A DNA stretch of 64,000 nucleotides from an uncultured Armatimonadetes bacterium (GTDB taxonomy: Bacteria; Armatimonadota; Hebobacteria; Hebobacterales; Hebobacteraceae), in assembly GCA_963716175.1 (NCBI GenBank), contig OY970296.1, forward strand, positions 2,336,001 to 2,400,000. Direction: 5' to 3'. The notes beneath the pieces are model-generated. The model saw only the letters and a list, made by a program, of their open reading frames with translations. It searched no databases and had not been told where the DNA came from. Positions 19,606 through 29,825 of this stretch are shown here, in pieces. The position numbers and the translations under genes are program-made. Within the stretch, counting starts at the first letter, position 1. The number at the start of each line of letters is the position of its first letter.

Positions 19606-20048
19606 TGCTGGAGAAGCTGCGAGCGCAATTGGGTGAGGCGATCGAGTCGGCGGAGGAGGTGGGCCGGGAGCTGCGGCTGTGGGTGGCCGCGGGGTCGCTG
19701 GTGGCGCTGGCGCGAGCGTGCAAGGAGGAGGGCTTCGCCTACCTGGCCGACATCACCGCGGTGGACACGGGTGAGGAGCTGCGAGCGGTCTACCGGCTGA
19801 TTTCGTTCGCCACCGGGCAGCACGCGGTGATCAGTGTGGGGGCGCCGCGCTCGGGGGCGCGGCTGCCGAGTGTGACGGGAGTGTACCGGGGGGCGGAGTG
19901 GCCGGAGCGCGAGGTCTACGACATGTTCGGGGTGCGCTTCGACGGCCACCCGGACCTGCGCCGCATTCTGCTGACCGATGACTGGCAGGGGCACCCACTG
20001 CTCAAGTCTTTCGTGCTGGGAACCGAGTCGGGACACCGCGGCGGCTAG
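19605..20048 (+). CDS. nuoC: NADH-quinone oxidoreductase subunit C
   Basis: [22 protein letters not shown] and GHPL motifs. Confidence 0.95.
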   Translation: MLEKLRAQLGEAIESAEEVGRELRLWVAAGSLVALARACKEEGFAYLADITAVDTGEELRAVYRLISFATGQHAVISVGAPRSGARLPSVTGVYRGAEWPEREVYDMFGVRFDGHPDLRRILLTDDWQGHPLLKSFVLGTESGHRGG

Positions 20049-20049
20049 C

Positions 20050-21159
20050 ATGACCCAGAGCCTGACCCCAACCGAGCAGATCATCCTCAACATGGGGCCG
20101 CAGCACCCCAGCACCCATGGGGTGCTGCGCCTGCAGCTCACCCTGGAGGGAGAGGTGGTGGTGGGCTGCAGGCCGGTGATCGGCTATCTGCACCGGGGAG
20201 TGGAGAAGATCGGGGAGGCGCGTACCTATCCCCAGGTGATCCCTTACACCGACCGGCTCGACTATCTGAGCAGCGCCTCCAACAACCTGGCCTATGTGCA
20301 GGCAGTGGAGAAGCTGATGGGGGTGGAGGTCCCAGCGCGGGCCCAGCACCTGCGGGTGATCCTGCTGGAGCTGAACCGGATCGCCAGCCACTTGATGTTC
20401 GTGGCCAGCTTCGCCAACGACCTGGCGGCGACGACGGTCTTCCTCTACGCGCTGCGCGAGCGCGAGCCGATCATGGACCTGTTCGAGATGTGGACCGGGG
20501 CGCGGCTGACGCAGACCTGGGTGCGGGTGGGCGGAGTGGCGCAGGATATCCCCGACGGGTTTGTGCAGAAGGCGCGGGAGTACTGCCGCATGCTGCCGGG
20601 CCGGCTGGACGAGTACGATCGGCTACTCACCGGCAATCGCATCTTCCGGGTGCGGACGGAGGGAGTAGGCATCTTGCCTCCCGAGGAGGCGATTGATTAT
20701 GGATGCAGTGGGCCCACGCTGCGGGGGAGCGGAGTGAGCTACGATGTGCGGCGGGCGGAGCCCTACGAGGTCTACGATCAGCTCAGCTTCGAGGTGGTGA
20801 CCGCAGAGAGCTGTGATTGCATGGGCCGCTACCTGGTGCGGATGGAGGAGATGCGGCAGAGCCTGCGCATCATCGAGCAGTGCCTGGACCGGCTCCCGGA
20901 GGGCGAGGTGCTGGCGAAGGTGCCGCGGGCGCTGCGGCCCCCGGCCGGGGAGGCCTATGGCCGAGTCGAGTCGCCCCGGGGGGATTTCGGCTGCTGGGTG
21001 GTAAGCGATGGCGGCCTGCAGCCGGTGCGGGTGCGGTTTCGCGCCCCGTCTTTCTTCCACTTGCAGGCCCTGCCCCGCATCCTGCAGGGCTGGAAGATCG
21101 GGGACGTGGTGGCGATCCTGGGCAGCATTGATATCGTGTTGGGCGAGGTGGACCGATGA
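20050..21159 (+). CDS. nuoD: NADH-quinone oxidoreductase subunit D
   Basis: NMGPQHPSTHGVLRL, GYLHRG and C-terminal GEVDR. Confidence 0.96.
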   Translation: MTQSLTPTEQIILNMGPQHPSTHGVLRLQLTLEGEVVVGCRPVIGYLHRGVEKIGEARTYPQVIPYTDRLDYLSSASNNLAYVQAVEKLMGVEVPARAQHLRVILLELNRIASHLMFVASFANDLAATTVFLYALREREPIMDLFEMWTGARLTQTWVRVGGVAQDIPDGFVQKAREYCRMLPGRLDEYDRLLTGNRIFRVRTEGVGILPPEEAIDYGCSGPTLRGSGVSYDVRRAEPYEVYDQLSFEVVTAESCDCMGRYLVRMEEMRQSLRIIEQCLDRLPEGEVLAKVPRALRPPAGEAYGRVESPRGDFGCWVVSDGGLQPVRVRFRAPSFFHLQALPRILQGWKIGDVVAILGSIDIVLGEVDR

Positions 21160-22193
21160 CCCCGGCGGTGGGCGCCTATCAGAGCCTGATGACCTGGTGG
21201 CTGCGGCGCAACTGGCCGGGCTGGATCGCGGAGTTCATCTGGATGGTGCTGATGGCGGCCATCCTGACCGCGTTCATCATGGTCACGGTGCTGATCCTGG
21301 TGTGGCTGGAGCGCAAGATCTCCGGTGATATCCAGAGCCGGGTGGGGCCCAACCGGGTGGGAGGGCGGTTTGGCCTGCTGCAGACCGCGGCCGACGCCCT
21401 GAAGCTGTTGATGAAAGAGGACATCATCCCCGCGGGCGCGGACTGGGCGGTGTTCGTGCTGGCCCCGTTCGTGGTGTTCGTGCCCACACTGCTGGTGTTC
21501 ATGGTGATCCCGTTCAGCGACCACTGGATGGTGAAGGACCTGAACTTGGGTGTGCTCTTCGTGATCGCGGTCTCCGCCTTCCCCACCATCGGGCTGATCA
21601 TGGCAGGCTGGGCCTCGAACAACAAGTACGCCATTCTGGGGGCGCTGCGGGCGGCGGCGCAGAGCCTGAGCTACGAGATCCCGCTGGTGCTGGCGGTGGT
21701 GTGCGTGGTGGTGGCGGCGGGCTCGCTGCGGGTGGGCGAGATCGTGGCGGCGCAGCGGGGCGGGCACTGGTTCATCCTTCGGTTCCCGCTGCAGCTCGCC
21801 TTCATCATCTACTTCATCACCGCCATGGCCGAGGTGAACCGGGTACCCTTCGATCTCCCGGAGGCGGAGAGCGAGCTGGTGGCGGGCTATCACTGCGAGT
21901 ACTCGGGGATGCGGTTCGCCTTCTTCTTCCTGGCCGAGTTCGCCCATCTCTTCTTCGTCTCCGCGTTCTGCGCCACCCTGTTCCTGGGGGCCTGGGAGGG
22001 GCCGTGGCTGCCTCCGGCGGTCTGGTTCCTGATCAAGAGCTACGGGCTCGTGATCGTGATCATGTGGGTGCGGTGGACGCTGCCGCGGCTGCGCATTGAC
22101 CAGCTCATGGGGTTTGCCTGGAAGCTGCTGGTGCCGGTGGGGCTGGCGGCGGTGATGCTGACCGCGCTGGTGAGGATGCAGGGCAGATGGTGA
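21156..22193 (+). CDS. nuoH: NADH-quinone oxidoreductase subunit H
   Basis: ERK...GPNRVG and PFDLPEAESELVAGY motifs. Confidence 0.96.
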   Translation: MTPAVGAYQSLMTWWLRRNWPGWIAEFIWMVLMAAILTAFIMVTVLILVWLERKISGDIQSRVGPNRVGGRFGLLQTAADALKLLMKEDIIPAGADWAVFVLAPFVVFVPTLLVFMVIPFSDHWMVKDLNLGVLFVIAVSAFPTIGLIMAGWASNNKYAILGALRAAAQSLSYEIPLVLAVVCVVVAAGSLRVGEIVAAQRGGHWFILRFPLQLAFIIYFITAMAEVNRVPFDLPEAESELVAGYHCEYSGMRFAFFFLAEFAHLFFVSAFCATLFLGAWEGPWLPPAVWFLIKSYGLVIVIMWVRWTLPRLRIDQLMGFAWKLLVPVGLAAVMLTALVRMQGRW

Positions 22194-22663
22194 GGGCAAA
22201 GCGGCACAACCTGGTGGCCGAGGTTGCCATCGGGGCCTGGAGCATCATCAAGGGCCTGGCGGTGACGCTGTGGAACTGGATGCGGCGGCCCCGCATCACC
22301 GAGAACTACCCGGCGCAGCCCGCCCATGTCTACCCTCGCCTCCGGGGCCGCATGGTGCACAAGCGAGACGAGCAAGGCCGGCTGAAGTGCACCGCTTGCC
22401 TGGCCTGCCAGAAGGCGTGCCCGACACTGGCGATTCCGCTGATCAAGGGCGATGACAAGAAAGGGCGAGAGAAAAGGGCGGCCGCCTATGTGTGGGACGG
22501 GGCGCGGTGTCTGTTCTGCAATTTCTGCGTGGAGGCCTGCCCGTTCGATGCCATCGTGCTCGGCAAGGCTTACAGCACACTGGGGGAATCCCGGGCCGAC
22601 ACCCACCGCGACCTGGAGCAGTTGCTGGAGCCCTGGCCGCGGCCGGCAGGAGCAGCGAAGTGA
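22187..22663 (+). CDS. nuoI: NADH-quinone oxidoreductase subunit I
   Basis: Two CxxCxxCxxxCP ferredoxin motifs. Confidence 0.94.
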   Translation: MVRAKRHNLVAEVAIGAWSIIKGLAVTLWNWMRRPRITENYPAQPAHVYPRLRGRMVHKRDEQGRLKCTACLACQKACPTLAIPLIKGDDKKGREKRAAAYVWDGARCLFCNFCVEACPFDAIVLGKAYSTLGESRADTHRDLEQLLEPWPRPAGAAK

Positions 22664-23193
22664 CCGGGGCGATCGCACAGCACCTTCAGGCCGGGTCCTT
22701 CTGGTATCCCCTCGCGTTCATCTGCTTTGCCGCGGGGGTGCTGATCCCCGGCCTGCTGGTGGTGCTCTCCCGCAACATCTTGCACTGCGCGCTGTGGCTG
22801 CTGCCCTGCCTGGCGAGCGTGGCCGGCCTCTTCCTGCTGCTAGGCGCGGAGATGCTGGCGGCGGTTCAAATCCTGGTCTACTGCGGCGGCATCGTAGTGT
22901 TGATCCTGTTCGCGGTGATGCTGACCTATGGGGTGGGGCATGCCGATGTGCGGGTGCACAACCAGCAGTTGCTGTGGGGCTTCATCGGTGCGGCCGCGCT
23001 GGCGGGCGTGATGCTGCACCTGCTGAGCCAACAGGTATGGCCGCTGGCGGCGGGGGCGGGCCTGGGAGATGTCACCGGGCGGCTGGCCGAGGCGCTGCTC
23101 AGACCTTACGTGTTGGCCTTTGAGGTGGCCTCGGTGGTGCTGCTGGTGGCGATGGTGGGGGCCATCGTGATCGCGCGGGCGGAGCCGGAATGA
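22660..23193 (+). CDS. nuoJ: NADH-quinone oxidoreductase subunit J
   Basis: QILVYCGGIVVLILF and FEVASVVLLVAMVGAI motifs. Confidence 0.93.
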   Translation: MTGAIAQHLQAGSFWYPLAFICFAAGVLIPGLLVVLSRNILHCALWLLPCLASVAGLFLLLGAEMLAAVQILVYCGGIVVLILFAVMLTYGVGHADVRVHNQQLLWGFIGAAALAGVMLHLLSQQVWPLAAGAGLGDVTGRLAEALLRPYVLAFEVASVVLLVAMVGAIVIARAEPE

Positions 23194-23513
23194 GTCCCTT
23201 GCCACCAGTTCCGATACAGGGTTATCTCGTCGTCAGCGTGTTGCTGTTCGCCATCGGCTTGCTGGGTGTGTTCGCGCGGCGCAATGCCATTGCGGTCTTG
23301 ATGGGCGTGGAGCTGATGCTGAACGCGGCCAACATCAACTTCGTTGCCTTCTGGCGCTACGGCGGCGGGGCGCAGATGGAGGGCCAGGTGTTCACCGTGG
23401 TCGTTATCACGGTGGCCGCGGCGGAGGCGGCGATCGCGCTGGCGATCACCCTCAATGTCTACCGGCGGTTCAAGACCGTGAACGTGGATCAGATCAATCT
23501 GATGAAGGGTTAG
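23190..23513 (+). CDS. nuoK: NADH-quinone oxidoreductase subunit K
   Basis: ELMLNAAN and VAAAEAA motifs. Confidence 0.95.
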   Translation: MSPLPPVPIQGYLVVSVLLFAIGLLGVFARRNAIAVLMGVELMLNAANINFVAFWRYGGGAQMEGQVFTVVVITVAAAEAAIALAITLNVYRRFKTVNVDQINLMKG

Positions 23514-23514
23514 C

Positions 23515-25422
23515 TTGCTGGGCGACTTTGCGCTATTTCTGATTCCGGGGCTGCCGCTGCTGGCATTTCTGCTGATCGCGGCCTTCCTGCTGCGGCCGCC
23601 GCGGGAGGGGGCGGCGCCGCTGGTGATAATCGCCGCGCTGGGTGGCTCGCTGGTGCTCTCCATCCAGGCGCTGGCGCGGGCGGCGGCCGGGAACCCACTC
23701 TCGCTCACCTTGCCCTGGCTATCGGTGGGCGCGATCACGCTGGATGCGGGCGTGCTGGTGGATCACCTCTCCGGGGTGATGCTGGTGGTGGTGGCCCTGG
23801 TCAGCCTGCTGGTGCAGATCTACTCCATCGGCTACATGCGGGGCGAGCTCGGGTACGGCCGCTACTTCGCCTACATGTCGCTGTTCAGCGGCTCCATGCT
23901 GGGCCTGGTGATCTCCGATAACATCGTCCAGACCTACATCTTCTGGGAGCTGGTGGGGATCTGCTCCTACCTGCTGATCGGTTTCTGGTACCGCCGGCCG
24001 GCGGCGGCCGCGGCGGCCAAGAAGGCGTTCGTGGTCACTCGTTTCGGCGACCTGGGTTTCCTGACGGCGGTGCTGGTGCTGTCCTTCCAGCATCCGCCGG
24101 TGTTCGGCTTCCAGCAGCTCGCGCACATGGTGAGAGGCGGGGTGATTGCGAGCGGGACGGTGACCGCGGTGTCGCTGCTGCTGTTCAGCGGCGCGGTGGG
24201 CAAAAGCGCGCAGTTCCCGCTCCACATCTGGCTGCCGGATGCCATGGAGGGCCCGACCCCGGTGAGCGCTCTCATCCACGCCGCCACCATGGTCGCCGCT
24301 GGCGTCTACCTGGTCGCCCGCGCCTACTTCTTCTTCGCGGCGGCGCCGGCCGCGCTCTTCGTGGTGGCCCTGATCGGGGTGCTCACGCTGTTTCTCGCCG
24401 CCACCATGGGTGTGGCCGAGGACGATATCAAGCGGGTGCTTGCCTACTCGACGATCAGCCAGTTGGGCTACATGATGCTCGCCCTCGGCGTGGGCGGGTA
24501 CGGGCCCGCCATCTTCCACCTCACCACCCACGCCTTCTTCAAGGCCCTGCTCTTCCTCACCGCCGGCAGCGTCATCCATGCCGTGCACAGCAATGACATG
24601 TGGCAGATGGGCGGACTCGCCAGGCGGATGCCCATCACCGCGATCACCTGCCTGGTCGGCGCGCTGGCGCTCTCGGGCATCTTCCCGCTTGCGGGATTCT
24701 GGAGCAAGGACGCGGTGCTGGCCGCGATCTGGTCTTCGCAATTGCCTGGCCACCAGGTGATGCTCGCCCTCGCCCTCGTCGGCGTCAGCCTGACCGCGTT
24801 CTACATGTTCCGGCTCTGGTTCGTCACATTCACGGGGGAGCCGCGGACCGAGTCCGCGGCCCACGCGCACGAATCGCCCCTGGTGATGACGGTGCCGCTA
24901 GTTCTGCTGGCTGCGCTCGCGGTCATCGCCGGCGCCCTTAAGATCCACGTGCCCTGGACGAGCGCAGGCATCACCGAGCTCATCCGCTTCGGGCACGAGC
25001 GGGAGACCACCTCCGCGCTGGTGATCGCCGGCTCCTTGCTCTTCGCCATGGGCGGGATCGGCGTGGCGTGGGCGGCCTACCGCGCGGAGCACATGTCCTC
25101 CGCCGCGTTCAACGCCCGCTTCCCCGCGGTCTTCCAGTTGTTGAAGAACGCCTGGTACTTCAACCGGGGCTGGGAGCTGTTCGCCACCCGAGTGGTGATC
25201 GCGGGTTCTCGGGTAGCGGCCTGGTTCGACCGGCACGTGGTGAATGGCATGGTGGATGGGGTGGCCTGGCTTTCGGGATGGACGAGCCAGCGGCTGCGGG
25301 TGGTGCAGACCGGCCAGCTGCAGTTCTACGCTCTCATACTGATCCTGGGATTGGTGGCAGGCCTGCTGGCCATCTTCGGGCGTAGCGAGCCGCTGCTGGC
25401 GCTGGTGGCGCGATGGCCATGA
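23515..25422 (+). CDS. nuoL: NADH-quinone oxidoreductase subunit L
   Basis: GKSAQFPLHIWLPDAMEGPTPVSALIHAATMV. Confidence 0.96.
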   Translation: MLGDFALFLIPGLPLLAFLLIAAFLLRPPREGAAPLVIIAALGGSLVLSIQALARAAAGNPLSLTLPWLSVGAITLDAGVLVDHLSGVMLVVVALVSLLVQIYSIGYMRGELGYGRYFAYMSLFSGSMLGLVISDNIVQTYIFWELVGICSYLLIGFWYRRPAAAAAAKKAFVVTRFGDLGFLTAVLVLSFQHPPVFGFQQLAHMVRGGVIASGTVTAVSLLLFSGAVGKSAQFPLHIWLPDAMEGPTPVSALIHAATMVAAGVYLVARAYFFFAAAPAALFVVALIGVLTLFLAATMGVAEDDIKRVLAYSTISQLGYMMLALGVGGYGPAIFHLTTHAFFKALLFLTAGSVIHAVHSNDMWQMGGLARRMPITAITCLVGALALSGIFPLAGFWSKDAVLAAIWSSQLPGHQVMLALALVGVSLTAFYMFRLWFVTFTGEPRTESAAHAHESPLVMTVPLVLLAALAVIAGALKIHVPWTSAGITELIRFGHERETTSALVIAGSLLFAMGGIGVAWAAYRAEHMSSAAFNARFPAVFQLLKNAWYFNRGWELFATRVVIAGSRVAAWFDRHVVNGMVDGVAWLSGWTSQRLRVVQTGQLQFYALILILGLVAGLLAIFGRSEPLLALVARWP

Positions 25423-26936
25423 TGGCGCTGAGCCACCCGCTGACCATGATCCTGCTCTCACCGCTGGTGGCGGCCCTGGTGATCATGCTGGTGCCGCGGC
25501 GCAGCCTGCTGGCGGTGCGCCTGATCGCGGCGGTGGCGACCAGCGCTGCTCTCGTGCTCTCCGTCGGGCTCTGCTATCTCTACCTGAGCGAGGGCCGGCG
25601 CGGGCTGCAGTTCGCCGACCGTGCGGACTGGGTGGTGGGGCCTGGGATCAGCTACTTCGTGGCGGCAGATGGGGTGAGCCTATCACTGGTGCTGCTGACC
25701 GCGCTGGTGATCTTCTGTGGGGTGTTCGCCTCCTGGACCGTGGTTTACCGCACCAAGGAGTTCTACTGCCTGCTGCTGCTGCTGGTGACCGGCGTGTTCG
25801 GGGTCTTCATCGCCCAGGACCTGTTCTTCTTCTTCCTGTTCTACGAGGTGGCGGTGCTGCCGATGTACCTGCTGATCGGCATCTGGGGCACCGGACCCAA
25901 AGAGTACTCGGCGATGAAGCTGACCCTCTATCTGCTGGTGGGCAGCGCTTTCATGCTGGTGGGCATTCTGGGGATGTACTTCGCGGCCATCCTGCCGGCC
26001 GGCCAGGGCCGGACCTTCGACCTCACGGTGCTCACGAAGGCGAGCTATGCTCACAACTTCCAGGTGATCGCCTTCTTCCTGCTCTATCTTGGCTTCGGCA
26101 TCCTGGCCGGCATCTGGCCCCTGCACACCTGGTCGCCGGATGGCCACGCTTCTGCGCCCACCGCGGTCTCGATGCTGCACGCGGGGGTGCTGATGAAGCT
26201 GGGCGCTTACGGCGTGCTGCGGGTGGGCTTCGGCTGCTTGCCCGCGGGGGCGCAGAGCTGGGTGTGGCTGGTGGGCGCGATCGCGGTGATCAACATCGGC
26301 TATGGGGCCTATGTGGCGATGGGTCAGCGGGATCTGAAATACGTGATTGCCTACTCCAGCGTCAGCCACATGGGGCTGGTGATGCTGGGGCTGGCCGCCT
26401 TCAACGAGGTGGCGATGAATGGCGCGGTGCTCCAGATGTTCTCCCATGGCATCATGACCGGGCTCTTCTTCGCCCTGGTGGGGCTGGTCTACGAGAAGTC
26501 GCATACCCGGGACATCGAGGCCATGGGGGGGCTGGCGCGCCGCATGCCGGGCATCGCTCTCGCCTTCACCATTGGGGGCCTGGCGTCATTCGGGCTGCCG
26601 GGCACGAGCGGATTTGTGGCCGAGCTGCTGGTATTCCTGGGGACGTTCCGGGCGCACGTGCATAGCTACCTGATCTGGGGAGTTCCTCTGTTCCCGATCC
26701 TGGCCGTGGGCGCGGTGATCGCAATTGTGGTGACCGCGACCTATGTGCTGCGGGTGCTGCAGCGAGTGTTCCATGGGCCCATGGATGAGGCGAAGTACGG
26801 GGAAGTGCCGGATGCCCACACCACGGAGTGGGTGACCCTGGTGGTGCTGGGCGGACTGCTGGTGGTGATCGGAGTCTATCCCTCCCCGCTGACCAACCTG
26901 ATCGGCAGCAGCCTAGGGCCGCTGCTGAGGCCATGA
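25413..26936 (+). CDS. nuoM: NADH-quinone oxidoreductase subunit M
   Basis: PLHTWSP, KLGAYG, AYSSVSHMG, GLPGTSGFVAE. Confidence 0.95.
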   Translation: MAMMALSHPLTMILLSPLVAALVIMLVPRRSLLAVRLIAAVATSAALVLSVGLCYLYLSEGRRGLQFADRADWVVGPGISYFVAADGVSLSLVLLTALVIFCGVFASWTVVYRTKEFYCLLLLLVTGVFGVFIAQDLFFFFLFYEVAVLPMYLLIGIWGTGPKEYSAMKLTLYLLVGSAFMLVGILGMYFAAILPAGQGRTFDLTVLTKASYAHNFQVIAFFLLYLGFGILAGIWPLHTWSPDGHASAPTAVSMLHAGVLMKLGAYGVLRVGFGCLPAGAQSWVWLVGAIAVINIGYGAYVAMGQRDLKYVIAYSSVSHMGLVMLGLAAFNEVAMNGAVLQMFSHGIMTGLFFALVGLVYEKSHTRDIEAMGGLARRMPGIALAFTIGGLASFGLPGTSGFVAELLVFLGTFRAHVHSYLIWGVPLFPILAVGAVIAIVVTATYVLRVLQRVFHGPMDEAKYGEVPDAHTTEWVTLVVLGGLLVVIGVYPSPLTNLIGSSLGPLLRP

Positions 26937-28370
26937 TGGCGCAGCCGATGAGACAATTGACGCCCGAGCTGCTCACCCTGGGCGCCGCCCTGCTGGTGAT
27001 CCTGCTGGACCTGATCCAGGCGCGCGGGAACCGCAAGTGGCTGGGCTGGCTGAGCGGGGTCGCGGCCGCCCTGATCGTGGCGGCGACGGCGGCGAAGTGG
27101 GGTGAGCTCGAGCGGCCGGTCGCGCTCTGGGGCGGGGTGATGGTGCTGGACCGGCTGGGGCTGATCTTCAAGGCGATCTTCCTGCTCGGGGTAGCGGTGG
27201 CGGCGGTGGGGTCGGTGGATTTCGCATTCTCATCGCTTCCGTCACGTTGGCGAGTACTACGGGCTGCTGTTCTTCTCCGCCCTGGGCATGATGTTGATGG
27301 CCTCGGCGGGGGATTTGCTCACCCTCTACCTGGGCCTGGAGCTGGCGACCCTCAGCCTCTACGTGCTCACCTCCTATGCCAAGGCCAGCCCCCGGTCAGG
27401 CGAGGCCGGGCTCAAGTACGTCATCCTGGGCGCCACCGCCTCGGCGATCTACCTCTACGGGGCCAGCCTGATCTATGGAAGTGCGGGCACGACGCTTTTC
27501 AGCGCGGTGGCGCAGCGGCTGAGCTGGGAGGGATTTGGGCCCGGGCTGGCGGTGGGCGGGCTGTTCGTGCTGGCCGCGTTCGCCTTCAAGATCGCGGCCG
27601 TGCCGTTCCACATGTGGGCGCCGGACGTCTACCAGGGGGCGCCAACGCCGGTGACCGGTTTCCTCTCCACGGCCTCCAAGGCGGCGGGCTTCGCGGCGCT
27701 GATGCGGGTGCTGCTGGGGCCCATGCTGGGGGCGGCGAGCGGTTGGGTAGTGTTCGTGGTGGCGCTCTCCGGGATGAGCATGATCGTCGGGAACCTGCTG
27801 GCCCTGGCCCAGCGCGATATCAAGCGCATGCTCGCCTACTCCGGCGTGGCGCAGGCCGGCTACGCGCTGGTGGGACTGGCCGCCACCTCCACGCTGGGCA
27901 CCCTGGCGACGGTGTTCTTCCTCTTCCAGTATCTCTTCACGAACCTGGGCGCGTTCCTGGTGGCCACAATCGTTGGATCTTCGGCCGGCGATGACCAGAT
28001 CACCAGCTACCACGGGCTGAGCCGCCGGAACCCGGGACTGGCGCTCTGCCTGCTCCTGCTGCTGCTCTCACTGGGTGGGATCCCCCCGCTCGCCGGGTTC
28101 TGGGGGAAGCTGTTCCTGTTCTGGGCCGCGGTGAGAAGCGGGCTCTATGGGCTGGTGCTGATCGGGGTGCTGGCGAGCGTGCTGTCGCTCTATTACTACC
28201 TGATGGTGGCGCGCGCCATGTACATCGAGCCGGTGGCCGGGCGAGAGCCGGTTCGGCTGCAAGTTCCGGCGATGATCGCGGTGGTGGTTTGTGTGCTGGT
28301 GGTGGTCGGTCTCATCTACCCTGGGTGGCTGATCGAGCTGGCGCACACGGCGGCCGTGGCGTTCATGTGA
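26933..28370 (+). CDS. nuoN: NADH-quinone oxidoreductase subunit N, +1 frameshift near 27230
   Basis: N-terminal PELL...DRLGLIFK frame shifts into GEYYGLL...FKIAAVPFHMWAPDVYQGAP. Confidence 0.92.
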
Positions 28371-28527
28371 GCTGCCGTCGCGCAGTCTCCCTCGATGAGC
28401 GCGGGCGACCGCAGAGAGCCGACCCTATGAGGCCTCCCCGTTCACCTCTCATCTGTCTTCGCACGGGACTCCCGCTCCATCCACCCCCTGGCGAACTCGA
28501 CCAACTCCGCGGCGTCGAACAGCGCGC

Positions 28528-29580
28528 TCATCTTCCCTCACGCTTGCCCAACCGCTTGACGAGATCGAAGTAGAATAGGGCATTCTCAAGGGGAATGTTC
28601 GACGGGAAATGGTTGCCCACCGCGAATATCAGGCCGGGGCAGTCTTTGGCCGCTGCCAGAGCCCAGCGCACCTCCTTCTCGACATCCTCCTTGGCGCCGA
28701 AGGTCAAGGTGCGGCAGTCGGCGCCGCCGATGAGCACATGGGTCTGACCGCACTTGCGAACGAAGAGCTGGAGGTCGTTGCTGGGCTCGAAGCAGAGCCC
28801 ATGTGCCCCTGCCTCAATCAGATCGTCAATGAACATATCGAAGGTGCCATCGGAGGTGAACAGCACCCGTTTGCCCGCCTCCCGCAGCGGCCGCCACAGC
28901 TCCTGGTATCGCGGGAAGATGTACTTGCGGTAGAACGCGGGGTTCATGAAGGGGCCTTGGGTCCACACCATGTCGTCGTGACACATGAAGAACTCGATGG
29001 AGGTCTGGGCCCAGGCCTTGACGTGGTGCCGTGAAAGCTCGAAGAAGGACCCAAGCACATCGGCGCCAAAGCGCTCCGGGTCCTCTCCTGCCGCCTCCAG
29101 CAGCATGTCCCACCCGAAGGCCTGGATCGCGCCCGATACCACCGTCTTGTAGTAGCCGCCAGTGACTACCTGGTCTGGGTTGGCGGCCTGGTGCTCCTGG
29201 TAGAACCGCTCGTAGTAGTCCACCAGCTCTCGGAAGTCGGGAAGGCCATACTCTTCCACCGCGTTGAACGCCAGCACCTCCCGGGCGCTTTCGAACGGAC
29301 ACGGACGACTAGGCCGGAAGTCCGATCCATCCTCCAGGAAAACCGCATGGCCCATATCCGTGATCCGGCCCCGTTCCTCCCACGGAACTGGACCGTCCTC
29401 GGTGGTCCAGAGGAAGTCTATCTCGACGGCATCGTGGAACTCGCGCCAGGCCTCGGGATGGTGCCGCGGGTCTTTGCCGGTGAAGTAGCGCACCACCTCC
29501 CAGTTGCTCACGAACTCGGTTCTCGCCACCCGCGGCGTCCACTGCAGGTTCAGCGCGGCTCTCCCTATCTCGTAACTCAT
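28528..29580 (-). CDS. uroporphyrinogen decarboxylase (URO-D/MtaA-like) family protein
   Basis: HDDMVWTQGPFM, FTSDG and VGNHFPSNIP motifs. Confidence 0.8.
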   Translation of the reverse strand: MSYEIGRAALNLQWTPRVARTEFVSNWEVVRYFTGKDPRHHPEAWREFHDAVEIDFLWTTEDGPVPWEERGRITDMGHAVFLEDGSDFRPSRPCPFESAREVLAFNAVEEYGLPDFRELVDYYERFYQEHQAANPDQVVTGGYYKTVVSGAIQAFGWDMLLEAAGEDPERFGADVLGSFFELSRHHVKAWAQTSIEFFMCHDDMVWTQGPFMNPAFYRKYIFPRYQELWRPLREAGKRVLFTSDGTFDMFIDDLIEAGAHGLCFEPSNDLQLFVRKCGQTHVLIGGADCRTLTFGAKEDVEKEVRWALAAAKDCPGLIFAVGNHFPSNIPLENALFYFDLVKRLGKREGR

Positions 29581-29825
29581 CTCGCCTGTTATCCCTCGCT
29601 TGCCGACATCTACCTGCGCGGGCTCAATGGCGACCGCGCAGCGACAGCCCCGACGCCGTGATCGGTGAGACTGCTGCTATCTGTATTCCGGCGAGCGAGC
29701 GGATGGCCTTGCCCGCAGGATGAGGGGGACCTCCCCCGTGGCGGGGAGCACCGCCCGAGAATGGGGCCAGAGGACCTTGTCCGTGTGCCTCCGAATCCCT
29801 CTACTACAAATGCAGGGAAAGGCCA

